A DNA stretch of 20,000 nt from an uncultured virus (IMG/VR IMGVR_UViG_3300027808_002699) (lineage: Duplodnaviria > Heunggongvirae > Uroviricota > Caudoviricetes), in the IMG/VR virus record IMGVR_UViG_3300027808_002699; one strand, 5' to 3'. The notes beneath the pieces are model-generated. The model made no database searches. It was not told the DNA's origin and worked only from the letters and a program-made list of their open reading frames with translations. Position numbers and translations under genes: made by a program. Positions 1-8,961 of this stretch are shown piece after piece (position 1 is the stretch's first letter; each line of letters starts with the position of its first letter).

Positions 1-1076
1 TTGTCTCTATCAAGCGTAGCGACTGAAGAAAGGTCATGTGAGTAAAAGGTGCTTGGGTCATCATCTAGCCTGTCAAAAGCCCTCTCAATGAGTGTGATGT
101 GGGGAAGCATTGTCTCACGCCAGAAAATGTCTACTTCAACATCGGCATTAGCAAATGTTCGTCCAGCAGCATTGCCCAGAATCGCTTCAGGAACACCAAA
201 GGCGATTAGGATTTCATCCTTGTTAAGTTGACGGGCTTCTGTATATTGAGCATCGCGCTGGCTAGTAGATGTATCAATCCATGTAGCGGCATCGGCAGAC
301 ATCACTGTTGTGCGACCAGCGCCACCAATGTTGTTTCCAGTTGTACCCTGAAATCTGCGACTAATTTCTTCGGCTTCAACATCGCCCATTTCGCCATTAA
401 CAACAAGAATTCCGCCTGGACGGTTGTCATTGACCACGAAGTTGCGGTTATAAATCTTTGAATAGTAATCGTATTCAAGTGCAAGACCAGCAGACTCAAG
501 TGGAGTTTGTCCCTTATATGGGTCCGTTGGGTGTGGAACTTTAATCCAGATAACTTGTTCGGGGGTAAGAATACGATTCTTTCCCTGTCCCATTTCGACT
601 ACATATCCAGTTACAAAATTAACTGGGTCTGGGATTGGGTATGTAATTGCTGGTGGCAAAAGATTAAAACTGATTACATCGCCAACTTTGTTCCTTACAA
701 CCTCTACAAATGCTCCCTTTTTTGACAACAAGATTTGCTGTGAAAGCATAAATCTAAAGGTGAAAGCATCTTGATATTCATTTGCCTTGTGATTAAGCAA
801 ATGAATAATTGGAGTATGTGGGAGAATCTCTCCGCTGCGAGGATTTTGCGAGCGAAGATTAATGCTCAATCTGGCGGCATTGGAGGCAATTGCGTATGCT
901 GCCTTATAAGCCCATGTGACCTTTTCGAGAGCATCTTCAATGCCTCGGTCGACATCCCAGCCGTCCTTGTATGGCTTTCCTGACTGCGAATATCCATTAG
1001 TAGGAATATAGACAGAGCGCTTAGATTCGAGAAAGCCATCAGATGTATGGCCAGAGAAAGAACTTAAAAATGGCAT
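1..1076 (-). CDS. Phage portal protein, HK97 family (3' end runs off the window)
   Basis: Not in the ORF track. Hand translation from ATG at 1076 is open to the edge: MPFLSSFSGH...AYAIASNAARL...LLNHKANEYQDAFTF...HPTDPYKGQTPLESA...NDNRPGGIL...EILIAFGVPEAILG...TFANA...FWRETMLP, which are typical HK97 portal motifs. Confidence 0.92.
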   Translation of the reverse strand, partial: MPFLSSFSGHTSDGFLESKRSVYIPTNGYSQSGKPYKDGWDVDRGIEDALEKVTWAYKAAYAIASNAARLSINLRSQNPRSGEILPHTPIIHLLNHKANEYQDAFTFRFMLSQQILLSKKGAFVEVVRNKVGDVISFNLLPPAITYPIPDPVNFVTGYVVEMGQGKNRILTPEQVIWIKVPHPTDPYKGQTPLESAGLALEYDYYSKIYNRNFVVNDNRPGGILVVNGEMGDVEAEEISRRFQGTTGNNIGGAGRTTVMSADAATWIDTSTSQRDAQYTEARQLNKDEILIAFGVPEAILGNAAGRTFANADVEVDIFWRETMLPHITLIERAFDRLDDDPSTFYSHDLSSVATLDRD

Positions 1077-1079
1077 TCA

Positions 1080-1322
1080 CTAACCTTTGTTGTCGTAGCC
1101 GAATAGTAGCGCAATAATTAACAATACTGCCGAAAGGCACAAAAAGCCGATAGCCTCGTTAATTAAAAATCCACCCAATGCCAGAAATGAACATCCGCCA
1201 AACAGGCAAGAGAGTGCAATATTTGCTCTCCATCTTCCTGTAACTACTTTTGGTGACACTGCACCAATAATCATAAATACCAGACATGGTATAATATACA
1301 ATAAATTAATCTTTGTTTCCAT
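1080..1322 (-). CDS. Small hydrophobic membrane protein preceding the portal
   Basis: METKINLLYIIPCLVFMIIGAV... has about three hydrophobic segments. ATG at 1322 is preferred over the track start at 1361, which lies inside a hairpin. Confidence 0.75.
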   Translation of the reverse strand: METKINLLYIIPCLVFMIIGAVSPKVVTGRWRANIALSCLFGGCSFLALGGFLINEAIGFLCLSAVLLIIALLFGYDNKG

Positions 1323-1351
1323 ATGTTCTTTCACTTTTATTTCTAGTGAAA

Positions 1352-1390
1352 TGGAAACCAACTAGTACGCATTGAACTAGTTGGTTTCCA
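1352..1390 (-). terminator. 15-bp perfect inverted repeat downstream of ssb, probable terminator
   Basis: TGGAAACCAACTAGT-acgcattga-ACTAGTTGGTTTCCA; followed by TTT on the minus strand. Confidence 0.65.
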
Positions 1391-1484
1391 CTCACCGAGA
1401 TAGTTCACCTCCTAGCCATTGCTATACCGTTTAACGGGTTAATGCAACAGTAAAAGGCTTTCACTGCCTAGGAAGAGTAATCTC

Positions 1485-1916
1485 CTAGAAAGGCTCTTCT
1501 TGGTCGTCCCATACTGGTTGCTTTGGTGCTTCTGAACGAGAATAGTTCCCGTTAGATTCATTCTTAACAATTTCAGGGACAGTTGCAAGGCGAAGTGATA
1601 CTCCGATATCTTCGGCAACAACAACGATTTTATTTCGCTTATCGCCATTCTTGTCTTGCCATGACTCTTGCTTCAGACGACCAACCACTACTACGCGGTT
1701 ACCCTTCTTTAGCGACTTGGTTGTATTTTTACCAAGTTCTGACCATGCTGTGACATCAAAGTAGGAAGTTTCTTCTTCCCACTCATCATTCTTATTTTTC
1801 CAACGGCGGGAAGAGGCTACGGAGAAACTTGTGATTGCTCCACCATTTCCTGTTGCCCGCTCTTCTGGGTCTCTTGTCAAGTTACCTACGATGGTAACGC
1901 TTGTTCCGTTGCTCAC
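1485..1916 (-). CDS. ssb: Single-stranded DNA-binding protein, actinobacterial type
   Basis: VTIVGNLTRDPE...FDVTAWSELG...LKKGNRVVVVGRLKQESW...IGVSLR and acidic C-terminal tail DDQEEPF. Confidence 0.97.
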   Translation of the reverse strand: MSNGTSVTIVGNLTRDPEERATGNGGAITSFSVASSRRWKNKNDEWEEETSYFDVTAWSELGKNTTKSLKKGNRVVVVGRLKQESWQDKNGDKRNKIVVVAEDIGVSLRLATVPEIVKNESNGNYSRSEAPKQPVWDDQEEPF

Positions 1917-1925
1917 TTTGTTCTC

Positions 1926-2471
1926 CTAGTGGCTAGATGTGCTTGTGCTGTTTTGTTTTAATTGCAGTAAAAACCAGTCATGTATCCACATGATTGCTAT
2001 TACTGAGTATCCAACAATATCAAGCCAAGTATCTTTGATTGGTTCAAAGAGGACTGGGCCATCATGATGTTGAAGATTTTTAAGGCGCTCGATTTTGTCG
2101 TTCAGCCTGATTACGATTCCTGGAAGTGCAAACCTAGCAATATTCTCTTGACCATACATTTTTTGCTTGGCTACAAGGGTATCGAAGATTTCATTAACAG
2201 CAATCCTTGTATTGGTTGCTGCTACTATAGCATAACCATGCATAGCATATGCGGCAATACTGCTAATAAGTTCTTCAATGCTTTCTGAATCTTTTTCATT
2301 ATTGGTGAAAATTTCTTCTACCAATTCATCAAACTGAGAAGAGATAACATCAAAGCAGTGTTCAATACCAGAGCAATCAGCGACTGCTGTTGATTTTGCA
2401 AGGTCAAAAGTTGAATCGATAACCATCGAAGCCGCTGTTTGCCAATTTCTGGGATTAGGTACTGTACTCAT
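1926..2471 (-). CDS. DUF1599-like (nucleotide modification associated domain 1) protein
   Basis: C-terminal KQKMYG..NI...GIVIRLNDKIERLKNL...EPIKDTWLDIVGYSVI pattern of this MazG-like helical family. Confidence 0.75.
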   Translation of the reverse strand: MSTVPNPRNWQTAASMVIDSTFDLAKSTAVADCSGIEHCFDVISSQFDELVEEIFTNNEKDSESIEELISSIAAYAMHGYAIVAATNTRIAVNEIFDTLVAKQKMYGQENIARFALPGIVIRLNDKIERLKNLQHHDGPVLFEPIKDTWLDIVGYSVIAIMWIHDWFLLQLKQNSTSTSSH

Positions 2472-3241
2472 AGAAGGCTTTTGTTAGCCACGGGAGCAAG
2501 TATAGCAGTTTTTGACTTGCGCTGCTCCCATTCAAAGATTCTCCTAAGGGACAAAAATGTATGAAATACATCATCATCAATTTTCAATGGCTGAAAAGCC
2601 CACTTGTCTGGACGAAGCCATAGTGCTGCTCCTGCATCAATGCGGGGCATTTCGATTTCTTCATTCTCATCATTAAACATGACATCTGCGCGAGCATAAG
2701 CAGCCAACTGCATTGCTACTTTTGAAGAGATTCCAGAGCGAGTTGTCTTAAAGTCGATAATGTAGTTCTTATCTTTAATTTTACAAATAGCATCAAAGGA
2801 ACCTGCATATAGGTGGGTTACCGAAAAGATTGGGCGCTCGATAAATAGCCACTCAGGTTCAAATCTGTCACAAAACTGATAGAAGCCATCTACATATGGC
2901 ATTAGGTCTTCTTCTACTTCAAACAATGGGTCGTTGATGAGGTCCTCAAGAACCTTATGGACCCTATCTCCCATGTCAGCCGCTTTGCTAAGTTCCCTAT
3001 CGGGAGCGCCCTTCAGCCACTCAATAGCACGAGTCTTAGACTTTGCCGCTACTTCATTCACATAATCAAGATTCTCTACTGCTGACATCGCCGTAATTTT
3101 GCTATTCCACTTGCGGAGGTAGGGAGCAGGCATCATGTCTAATACAGATGTGACGCTAGGCACTTTAAGATTCTTTTGTGTCGGGTGCTTGTAGAACCTT
3201 CGACCGTCAATGCTGACTGTTTCAATTTTTGGTGTTGTCAT
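2468..3241 (-). CDS. PD-(D/E)XK exonuclease (Cas4/RecB-like phage exonuclease)
   Basis: PSVTSVL, GDRVH, YAGSFDAI, IIDFKT and QLAAYA motifs. Confidence 0.88.
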   Translation of the reverse strand: MTTPKIETVSIDGRRFYKHPTQKNLKVPSVTSVLDMMPAPYLRKWNSKITAMSAVENLDYVNEVAAKSKTRAIEWLKGAPDRELSKAADMGDRVHKVLEDLINDPLFEVEEDLMPYVDGFYQFCDRFEPEWLFIERPIFSVTHLYAGSFDAICKIKDKNYIIDFKTTRSGISSKVAMQLAAYARADVMFNDENEEIEMPRIDAGAALWLRPDKWAFQPLKIDDDVFHTFLSLRRIFEWEQRKSKTAILAPVANKSLL

Positions 3242-3456
3242 TGTAATATTCCTTTGTGTTTAACTATTGACCAATCAGTGCTATAGACATAATGAGTACT
3301 TGATGTACCAATATACAGGCTTCTGCCCATATCTAATACATAATATTCCCATGTTGGGTAAGCAACATCCATAGTTTTTTTATCTAATGGACCGCCCGAA
3401 AGCGTAATTTCAATACTTGTTATTTTTTTTTCTTTATTAGATTTTGGTCTAACCAT
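3238..3456 (-). CDS. Hypothetical protein
   Basis: 72-aa ORF packed tightly against both neighbours; contains an LSGGPLD motif. Confidence 0.7.
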   Translation of the reverse strand: MVRPKSNKEKKITSIEITLSGGPLDKKTMDVAYPTWEYYVLDMGRSLYIGTSSTHYVYSTDWSIVKHKGILQ

Positions 3457-3458
3457 TA

Positions 3459-3668
3459 TTATTTATGTAGGTGCCAGTCAATATGACCGTCAAGCCTTTC
3501 AGACACAGAGTCTAGGCCTTCAACTACATTATCCAACTTCTTCATTACTTGACCGTGGTCTTCACGGTTTTCCTTGTGCATTTTCTTAAATGTGGAAATC
3601 ATTGCGATTCCGATTCCACTAATCCCTGTTATGAGTGAGGCAATTACCACCGACCATGCGTCATTCAT
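3459..3668 (-). CDS. Small membrane protein (N-terminal TM, coiled-coil, HIDWH end); possibly holin-like
   Basis: WSVVIASLITGISGIGIAMI followed by a heptad region; architecture common in actinophages. Confidence 0.7.
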   Translation of the reverse strand: MNDAWSVVIASLITGISGIGIAMISTFKKMHKENREDHGQVMKKLDNVVEGLDSVSERLDGHIDWHLHK

Positions 3669-3684
3669 ATTACAGCCCTATTCG

Positions 3685-4014
3685 TTAATCAGTTGCTTTG
3701 AGTAGATTATCGAACGCTATACGCAGTTCTTCGGTAAGAGCGAGTATCCTTTTAAGGCCTTCAGCATGAAGAGTTACTGTTTCTGAATCCGAATCAATTA
3801 CAAAAAGGGCGATTTCGTCATTAAGTGTCTTTAGTGCAGTTTGAGCACTTTTGGAATTTGTGTTGATTTGTTTAACTACTGCATCAAGATTCCTGCGATT
3901 AACGGAAGCAAATGGGTTAACAATTGTTTCGGCTGTATCTTTACCAGTCATCATTTTTCCTGGAATACTGAAAGGAGTATTCTCGTAATCCATGCCAGAT
4001 ATATTTTTCATCAT
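3685..4014 (-). CDS. Hypothetical protein
   Basis: 109-aa ORF tiling the minus-strand operon. Confidence 0.7.
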   Translation of the reverse strand: MMKNISGMDYENTPFSIPGKMMTGKDTAETIVNPFASVNRRNLDAVVKQINTNSKSAQTALKTLNDEIALFVIDSDSETVTLHAEGLKRILALTEELRIAFDNLLKATD

Positions 4015-4025
4015 AATATTTAGTC

Positions 4026-4553
4026 CTAACTAAAAGGATTTCCTTCTGCCCATGCTACTAGCGCCCATCGTTCACCAGAAGTTACTGGAGAAACCTCATA
4101 AAGAGTCCATGATGGCCACACAACAGCAATTCCGCGTTCTGGAGTTATAGCAATACTATCTGCTCCAGTATGCAAAAACACATCACATCCAGAATAATCA
4201 TCTTTTTCTGACAACTGAATTGTCATAAAGAGTTTTCTGCGGTTTTTACCTGCTGACCAATCTGTATGCGCTTCTTCGTAGTCGCCATCCCTATAACGAA
4301 TTATTTCAATAAATATATTGGTGTAGTAGAAATGAAGATAGTTTCCAACAACAAACACTTTTCTAATATGCTCATAGAGACCAGAAAACTTATTTTCGTC
4401 TATAGCAAATTTACGAGTCAAATTATTTGACTTATATGATTCTTGAGACTGAAGGGCAAGGGATATGATTTGTTCACATTCTTCCGATGTGAATACAGAT
4501 ATCTCGCTTGCTATTCCTACTAAATTGGGATTTTTTCTGTGTGTATGATGCAT
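4026..4553 (-). CDS. 2OG-Fe(II) oxygenase (PKHD/prolyl-4-hydroxylase-like), distal His replaced by Tyr
   Basis: FTSEECEQII, HTD (HxD), RKLFMTIQLS, GIAVVWPSWTLYEVSPVTSGERWALVAW. Confidence 0.85.
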   Translation of the reverse strand: MHHTHRKNPNLVGIASEISVFTSEECEQIISLALQSQESYKSNNLTRKFAIDENKFSGLYEHIRKVFVVGNYLHFYYTNIFIEIIRYRDGDYEEAHTDWSAGKNRRKLFMTIQLSEKDDYSGCDVFLHTGADSIAITPERGIAVVWPSWTLYEVSPVTSGERWALVAWAEGNPFS

Positions 4554-4900
4554 ATTGTTGGTATCGGTTCTGTTGTAAACCAGAGCATTGGAAGTCCTTC
4601 AAATGCTGCTAGTTGTGGTGCTTTATTAGAATGCTCGTCTAGTAAATCTAAGTCAATACTGGCAATATAAAAGTGGTCGTAATCACCGATTACTGGTATT
4701 TTATGAGTTTCTCCATTGAGTTCCATCTCAACAGTTTCATCAAAAATCTTAAATGTTCCTGCTTTTTTACCAGCATCACACGCATCTTCCTTTTCAACAA
4801 AGATTGCTATTCCTGAATCACCATATTTTTTATAGATGCCACTTTCTATAACGGCATCATATTCCCATACTGGTACATGAACGAATCCATAGTTTGTCAC
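4520..4900 (-). CDS. Hypothetical protein
   Basis: 126-aa acidic ORF overlapping both neighbours in operon fashion. Confidence 0.7.
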   Translation of the reverse strand: MTNYGFVHVPVWEYDAVIESGIYKKYGDSGIAIFVEKEDACDAGKKAGTFKIFDETVEMELNGETHKIPVIGDYDHFYIASIDLDLLDEHSNKAPQLAAFEGLPMLWFTTEPIPTICIIHTEKIPI

Positions 4901-6018
4901 TTATTCACCTTAAAACCCCAATTTGCAAGTCCACGGCCTTCATCATATAGAACTGCTGAAATTCTTACATTGCATTCAGGTTCTAACAAAGCGCTCATTT
5001 TTCCATATGGAGTATTGCATACTTGTGAGGTCAAAGTAGACCAAGTTGAATTAATTTGTAAAAGACCAGAGTCATATGAGGCAACCGCTTTACACTTCTT
5101 ATAAATGTTTGCTGGTGCAAGTTTACAGTTCCAGTGTCCACTTCCCTGCTTATAGTTCCATCCAATTGCTTTTGAAAGGCAACGAGATTCGCGATACATA
5201 ATGTATGAGTAAAGTTGAACTGGAAGTTCATATTTTTTAAGTAGTGGCTCCCATTCAGGACAACGCATTGTCTTGTCTGAAGGAACCCGCTTCATGGCCT
5301 GTCGAATTCTATTTCTTTCTTCAGTGCTTCTTTTAACTTGCACAGAGTTTCCAATAGAACTTTTGCTTACAGAACTTTTTTTAACATTATTATTTTGTTT
5401 TGAGTTTTCTGTCGCAGTTGGGCGGGTCTTCAGCCACTCAGTCATTCCTGCTTGGGTGTACCTATCTCGTGCAGGTTTGCGTGTTTTCCAGTTCACACAA
5501 TTCTTTCCCCAGTTCTTCATGCTTCTCCAACCAACTGCTGGTCGGAAGTAAGGATTTTTATTTAACTTGTCATCTAAAGTTCCAAAGGTATTCTTTGTCT
5601 GGAATCCAAAGAAAGCAGTACGGTTGGCAACAATAATCTGTTCTTCTTTAGTTGCCTTAGATGGGCGAGATGCAAACTGCTTGCCTCCGTAGTTCACCCA
5701 TACTGACTGAGCCATGCCAAGTCCGCCTGAGTAATAGCCACCATCATTCCATTTATGGTTGGTCTCACACCAAGAGACTGCTTCCCAAAATTTAATTGAG
5801 CCACCCTTTTTCGATTTTAGTTGATGCTGAAGTTCAACGGGCAATTCGACTAGACCCATTTGTTTCACTTTCCCAGAAAAGTCATTCTTGACTGAAAGTG
5901 TTGAAACCTGTGTTGTTATTGGTGTTGTAATTTTTTGTTCGGGTTTGTCAAATACTCCAGAGAGTAAAGTCAAAGTAGCGGTTAAAAGGGCAATGATAGT
6001 ACGGTAACTTAAAACCAT
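4897..6018 (-). CDS. Exported two-domain muralytic enzyme: Rpf-like transglycosylase plus SLT/lysozyme-like domain
   Basis: N-terminal hydrophobic signal; FWEAVSWCET...YYSGGLGMAQSVWVNYGG..FASRPSKATKEEQIIVA (Rpf-like); S/K/N-rich linker; IMYRESRC...DSGLLQINSTW...LLEPECNV (SLT-like). Confidence 0.85.
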   Translation of the reverse strand: MVLSYRTIIALLTATLTLLSGVFDKPEQKITTPITTQVSTLSVKNDFSGKVKQMGLVELPVELQHQLKSKKGGSIKFWEAVSWCETNHKWNDGGYYSGGLGMAQSVWVNYGGKQFASRPSKATKEEQIIVANRTAFFGFQTKNTFGTLDDKLNKNPYFRPAVGWRSMKNWGKNCVNWKTRKPARDRYTQAGMTEWLKTRPTATENSKQNNNVKKSSVSKSSIGNSVQVKRSTEERNRIRQAMKRVPSDKTMRCPEWEPLLKKYELPVQLYSYIMYRESRCLSKAIGWNYKQGSGHWNCKLAPANIYKKCKAVASYDSGLLQINSTWSTLTSQVCNTPYGKMSALLEPECNVRISAVLYDEGRGLANWGFKVNK

Positions 6019-6032
6019 ATGTTCTCCTTGTC

Positions 6033-6470
6033 CTACTGCGGCGGCAACCTTTTGGTAAGATTGAGACGCTCTGCCTCAGCGGGATTATCGTGTTTCCAGG
6101 TGTGATGCGCTCGGCACAACACCTGACAGTTGGATGCGTCTAAATGGGAACCGCCTCTGCCGCGTGGAATAATCTCATCGACATCTAATGGTCCCCAACA
6201 TTCTATTAAGTTTACAATATGCTTTGCTTGACATTGCATATGGTCTCTCAATAGAACTTCTATTCTAACAACTTCCCTATCTCGCATTTGCGATTTAGTT
6301 TTTTTGCTAAACATGTTGACTGGACCCCTTTTCATAGAAGAGGGGCGGTCTTCACATTCATACACTCTAGCGATTCCATCCGAATAAACACGCAAAGAAC
6401 CATAAATAGGGCAATTTTCTTTAGAACAGTTCTCTTTTCTGCCTTCACATTCACCTTTTCTTTTATTCAC
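6033..6470 (-). CDS. HNH-fold endonuclease adjacent to terminase
   Basis: RDHMQCQ...C...DVDEIIPRGRGGSHLDASNCQVLCRAHHTWKH. Confidence 0.8.
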   Translation of the reverse strand: MNKRKGECEGRKENCSKENCPIYGSLRVYSDGIARVYECEDRPSSMKRGPVNMFSKKTKSQMRDREVVRIEVLLRDHMQCQAKHIVNLIECWGPLDVDEIIPRGRGGSHLDASNCQVLCRAHHTWKHDNPAEAERLNLTKRLPPQ

Positions 6471-7795
6471 AATATGATTCTTACCTTTGTTTTGTTGTTT
6501 TTACCGACTAATGCCTGTATAGCGCCTGATACAGCATCAACTTGGTCATCGTGCGCACCATATGGGAATACTTCGCATTCGTCAATTAAAATGCTGTTCC
6601 ATCCTGCTCGCATAACAAATACATTTCCAGATTCAGATGCTGAAGAAAATACTGAAGCGCGTTCTTGTTTAGAACCAGATGCTCTGATTCCGCGAAAGTT
6701 ATAACCTTGTAAAACAGTTCGTGCGTAGTGGTCAATAACATTCACTCCAGATGAACCTGGTTCTTGCTCCATGATAATTGCTGTTCCAATTCCGTCACGA
6801 GATGCAGTTTGAGTAATCTTTTTTTCTACTTCGTATGGAGTACCACGCATACGCTCAATGTCCAAGATGAAGTATCTTCCATCCTTCATTCCAACAAGTG
6901 CGCCTACCGTCCAGTCAGGGTCATTGCTTTTTGTTTTTACAGTTGCCGCCAAGTCCCAGTATCTAACTGTTTTCATTCCTTCTGGAATATTGCCAGTGAT
7001 TTGAAACCAGTCACCCTTAAACATTCCGCCTTCTTCGCGGATGTCCCAGTTACCATCAAGCAGTCGTGAACGCTCTACATAGTCAAGTTCATTAAGACCC
7101 TTGATATACGCTTCGGCATCAAGAGATGGGTTATCACTAATTCTTGAAGGCATAAACTTTCGCTCTGTGCTTTTGTTAAGAATGAAACGCTCGTACACCC
7201 AGTTGTTTCCAGGACCACCTGGGTTTGTCGCTCCTCTTGTTCTAAGAGGAATGTCTGCTGCTGTTAATCCACAATCAGGACATGCTTTCATGTCTGCTTG
7301 GACTGCTGGCTTACGAACACGAGAGAACCCAACATAGCGATAAACGCGGTCAGTCTTCCACTGTGTTAATTCGTCTACTCCAACAAAGTGATAAGCAAAT
7401 GACTGGAACTTATAACGGTCCTCATCTCGTTCACAATGGTCAAAAGAAAGCATTGCTCCAGAGGGGAATGTCCAACGCTTATTGGTTACGGAATATGTAG
7501 CGCCACTTCCAGCAAGCCATTCGTTACAACGGTCGATAAAACCGTCTGGTCCAGAAAGTTGTGGGTATGTCTGACGCAAAAGAAGCGCCGAATACCCAGG
7601 GATACATACATACTGAAGAGCACTTAGTAGGAGAGTGTCAGACTTTCCACCACCAGCGGCTCCACCAAATAGTGCTTCTCTAGTCGTTCCCCATGTCAGG
7701 AACGCTGTCTGCTTCGGGTGAGGCGTGTGGGGAAGCCTCAGTGCGCACGGCTGTTTCCAGTCCGTTAGTGTCGATAATTGGTCCCGTGATGTCAT
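6467..7795 (-). CDS. terL: Terminase large subunit
   Basis: PHPKQ adenine motif, Walker A GGAAGGGKS, Walker B FVGVDE, ATNPGG coupling motif, nuclease motifs RYWDLA and HDDQVDA. Confidence 0.96.
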   Translation of the reverse strand: MTSRDQLSTLTDWKQPCALRLPHTPHPKQTAFLTWGTTREALFGGAAGGGKSDTLLLSALQYVCIPGYSALLLRQTYPQLSGPDGFIDRCNEWLAGSGATYSVTNKRWTFPSGAMLSFDHCERDEDRYKFQSFAYHFVGVDELTQWKTDRVYRYVGFSRVRKPAVQADMKACPDCGLTAADIPLRTRGATNPGGPGNNWVYERFILNKSTERKFMPSRISDNPSLDAEAYIKGLNELDYVERSRLLDGNWDIREEGGMFKGDWFQITGNIPEGMKTVRYWDLAATVKTKSNDPDWTVGALVGMKDGRYFILDIERMRGTPYEVEKKITQTASRDGIGTAIIMEQEPGSSGVNVIDHYARTVLQGYNFRGIRASGSKQERASVFSSASESGNVFVMRAGWNSILIDECEVFPYGAHDDQVDAVSGAIQALVGKNNKTKVRIIL

Positions 7796-8369
7796 CTATA
7801 ACCTCTGCATCAATAGTGCCGTCCCATGCATTAAGAACATTGTTTGGCAGGTCTCCTGCTTCGACAAGTGCTGCAAGTACGGCGCGTTTTCTATCTTCAT
7901 CTTCAACAAGAGAATGTCTCATCTCTGTTTGTATTGCTCCACCGCCAAGGCCAGTAAGTTCTACCTTGAGGGTATTTGAGTCACCCCATTCATCAGGCCA
8001 GCGCTTAGCAAGGAATGCTTGAGCGGCTTTCCAGTCGCCTTGACGGGCTTCTCTAAACCAAGAGACCACAAGACCTGCTTGTGCTTCTGCTTCGGCCTTC
8101 ATCATGCTTTGCACGAATTCAAGATATGGGGCTTCTAGTTTGGTTGGTGCTTCACCTTGTTCGATGCGCCACTGTTCTTCTGAACCGCGCTTAACCCATC
8201 CTGATACTGCTGACTTAGAAATACCTGCTGCCTGCGCGGCCATTGAAGGACGCATGCCTGCACGAATCAAATCCACAATGGTTGGACCCAAGATTTCACA
8301 AGTTGTGACTTGAACTCCACCAATTTTTCGTGGTGCAGCATCACCGACAGCCTTTTTCCGCTCAGCCAT
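7680..8369 (-). CDS. terS: Probable terminase small subunit (HTH)
   Basis: Directly upstream of terL and overlapping it by 116 nt; N-terminal HTH (AAQAAGISKSAVSGW), DWKAAQAFLAKRWPDEWG and VELTGLGGGAI motifs. Confidence 0.75.
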   Translation of the reverse strand: MAERKKAVGDAAPRKIGGVQVTTCEILGPTIVDLIRAGMRPSMAAQAAGISKSAVSGWVKRGSEEQWRIEQGEAPTKLEAPYLEFVQSMMKAEAEAQAGLVVSWFREARQGDWKAAQAFLAKRWPDEWGDSNTLKVELTGLGGGAIQTEMRHSLVEDEDRKRAVLAALVEAGDLPNNVLNAWDGTIDAEVIDDITGPIIDTNGLETAVRTEASPHASPEADSVPDMGND

Positions 8370-8623
8370 TATTTATCCGAAAGTTTCTGAATATACATTA
8401 AATTTCGAGGCTTAGGGACATGCGTTCTAACTTTAATATTGTGACGGGCTGCAGCCATGTATACAGCAGACCTCATCGATTCAATATCTGCATCGAAATC
8501 TTCACCTTGTTTGAGAAGCCAGACGCTTCCATCAAACCATTTGCTCCACGGATACTTCTCTTCGTTTGCTCGTGGTGGGAATCTAAGTTCTCCTAGAATA
8601 TCGTCACTCATCTTGTTCTCCAT
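8369..8623 (-). CDS. Hypothetical phage protein (KYPW motif), possibly DNA-binding
   Basis: KYPWSKWFDG...GEDF...MRSAVYMAA; stop overlaps the terS start. Confidence 0.75.
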   Translation of the reverse strand: MENKMSDDILGELRFPPRANEEKYPWSKWFDGSVWLLKQGEDFDADIESMRSAVYMAAARHNIKVRTHVPKPRNLMYIQKLSDK

Positions 8624-8960
8624 ATTGTTTATCTAATTCGCCGTTTATTGGTTTCCCAGGATTTTCTTTCATCCACTCGGAAACTACCTCTTTAAGTTCT
8701 TCTTCATTATTTCTAATGTTGTCTACGATTGTCGCAATCCATCCAGTAGTAAAACCAGTTGCCTGAGCAATTGCTTCCATAGAGCCACCACCAGTGCGCC
8801 ATACATTAAAAATGTCCCACCTAAGTTTCTTAGTGGCAATGTCTGCCTGATTCCTAAGAACTTCTACTGCTTGCCTGCGCCGTCCTAAGCGTTCTAAGTC
8901 TTCTTTACGGACTTGTTTAACTCGCGACACCTTTGGCATCTCGCTAACGCGCTTAGCCAT
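8604..8960 (-). CDS. Hypothetical protein with probable HTH
   Basis: GSMEAIAQATGFTTGWIATIV resembles a helix-turn-helix. Confidence 0.65.
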   Translation of the reverse strand: MAKRVSEMPKVSRVKQVRKEDLERLGRRRQAVEVLRNQADIATKKLRWDIFNVWRTGGGSMEAIAQATGFTTGWIATIVDNIRNNEEELKEVVSEWMKENPGKPINGELDKQYGEQDE

Positions 8961-8961
8961 G

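Noticed and set aside
49..983. Short ORFs listed by the track over 49-983
   Set aside because: Shadows of the minus-strand portal gene, which is open across the whole interval.
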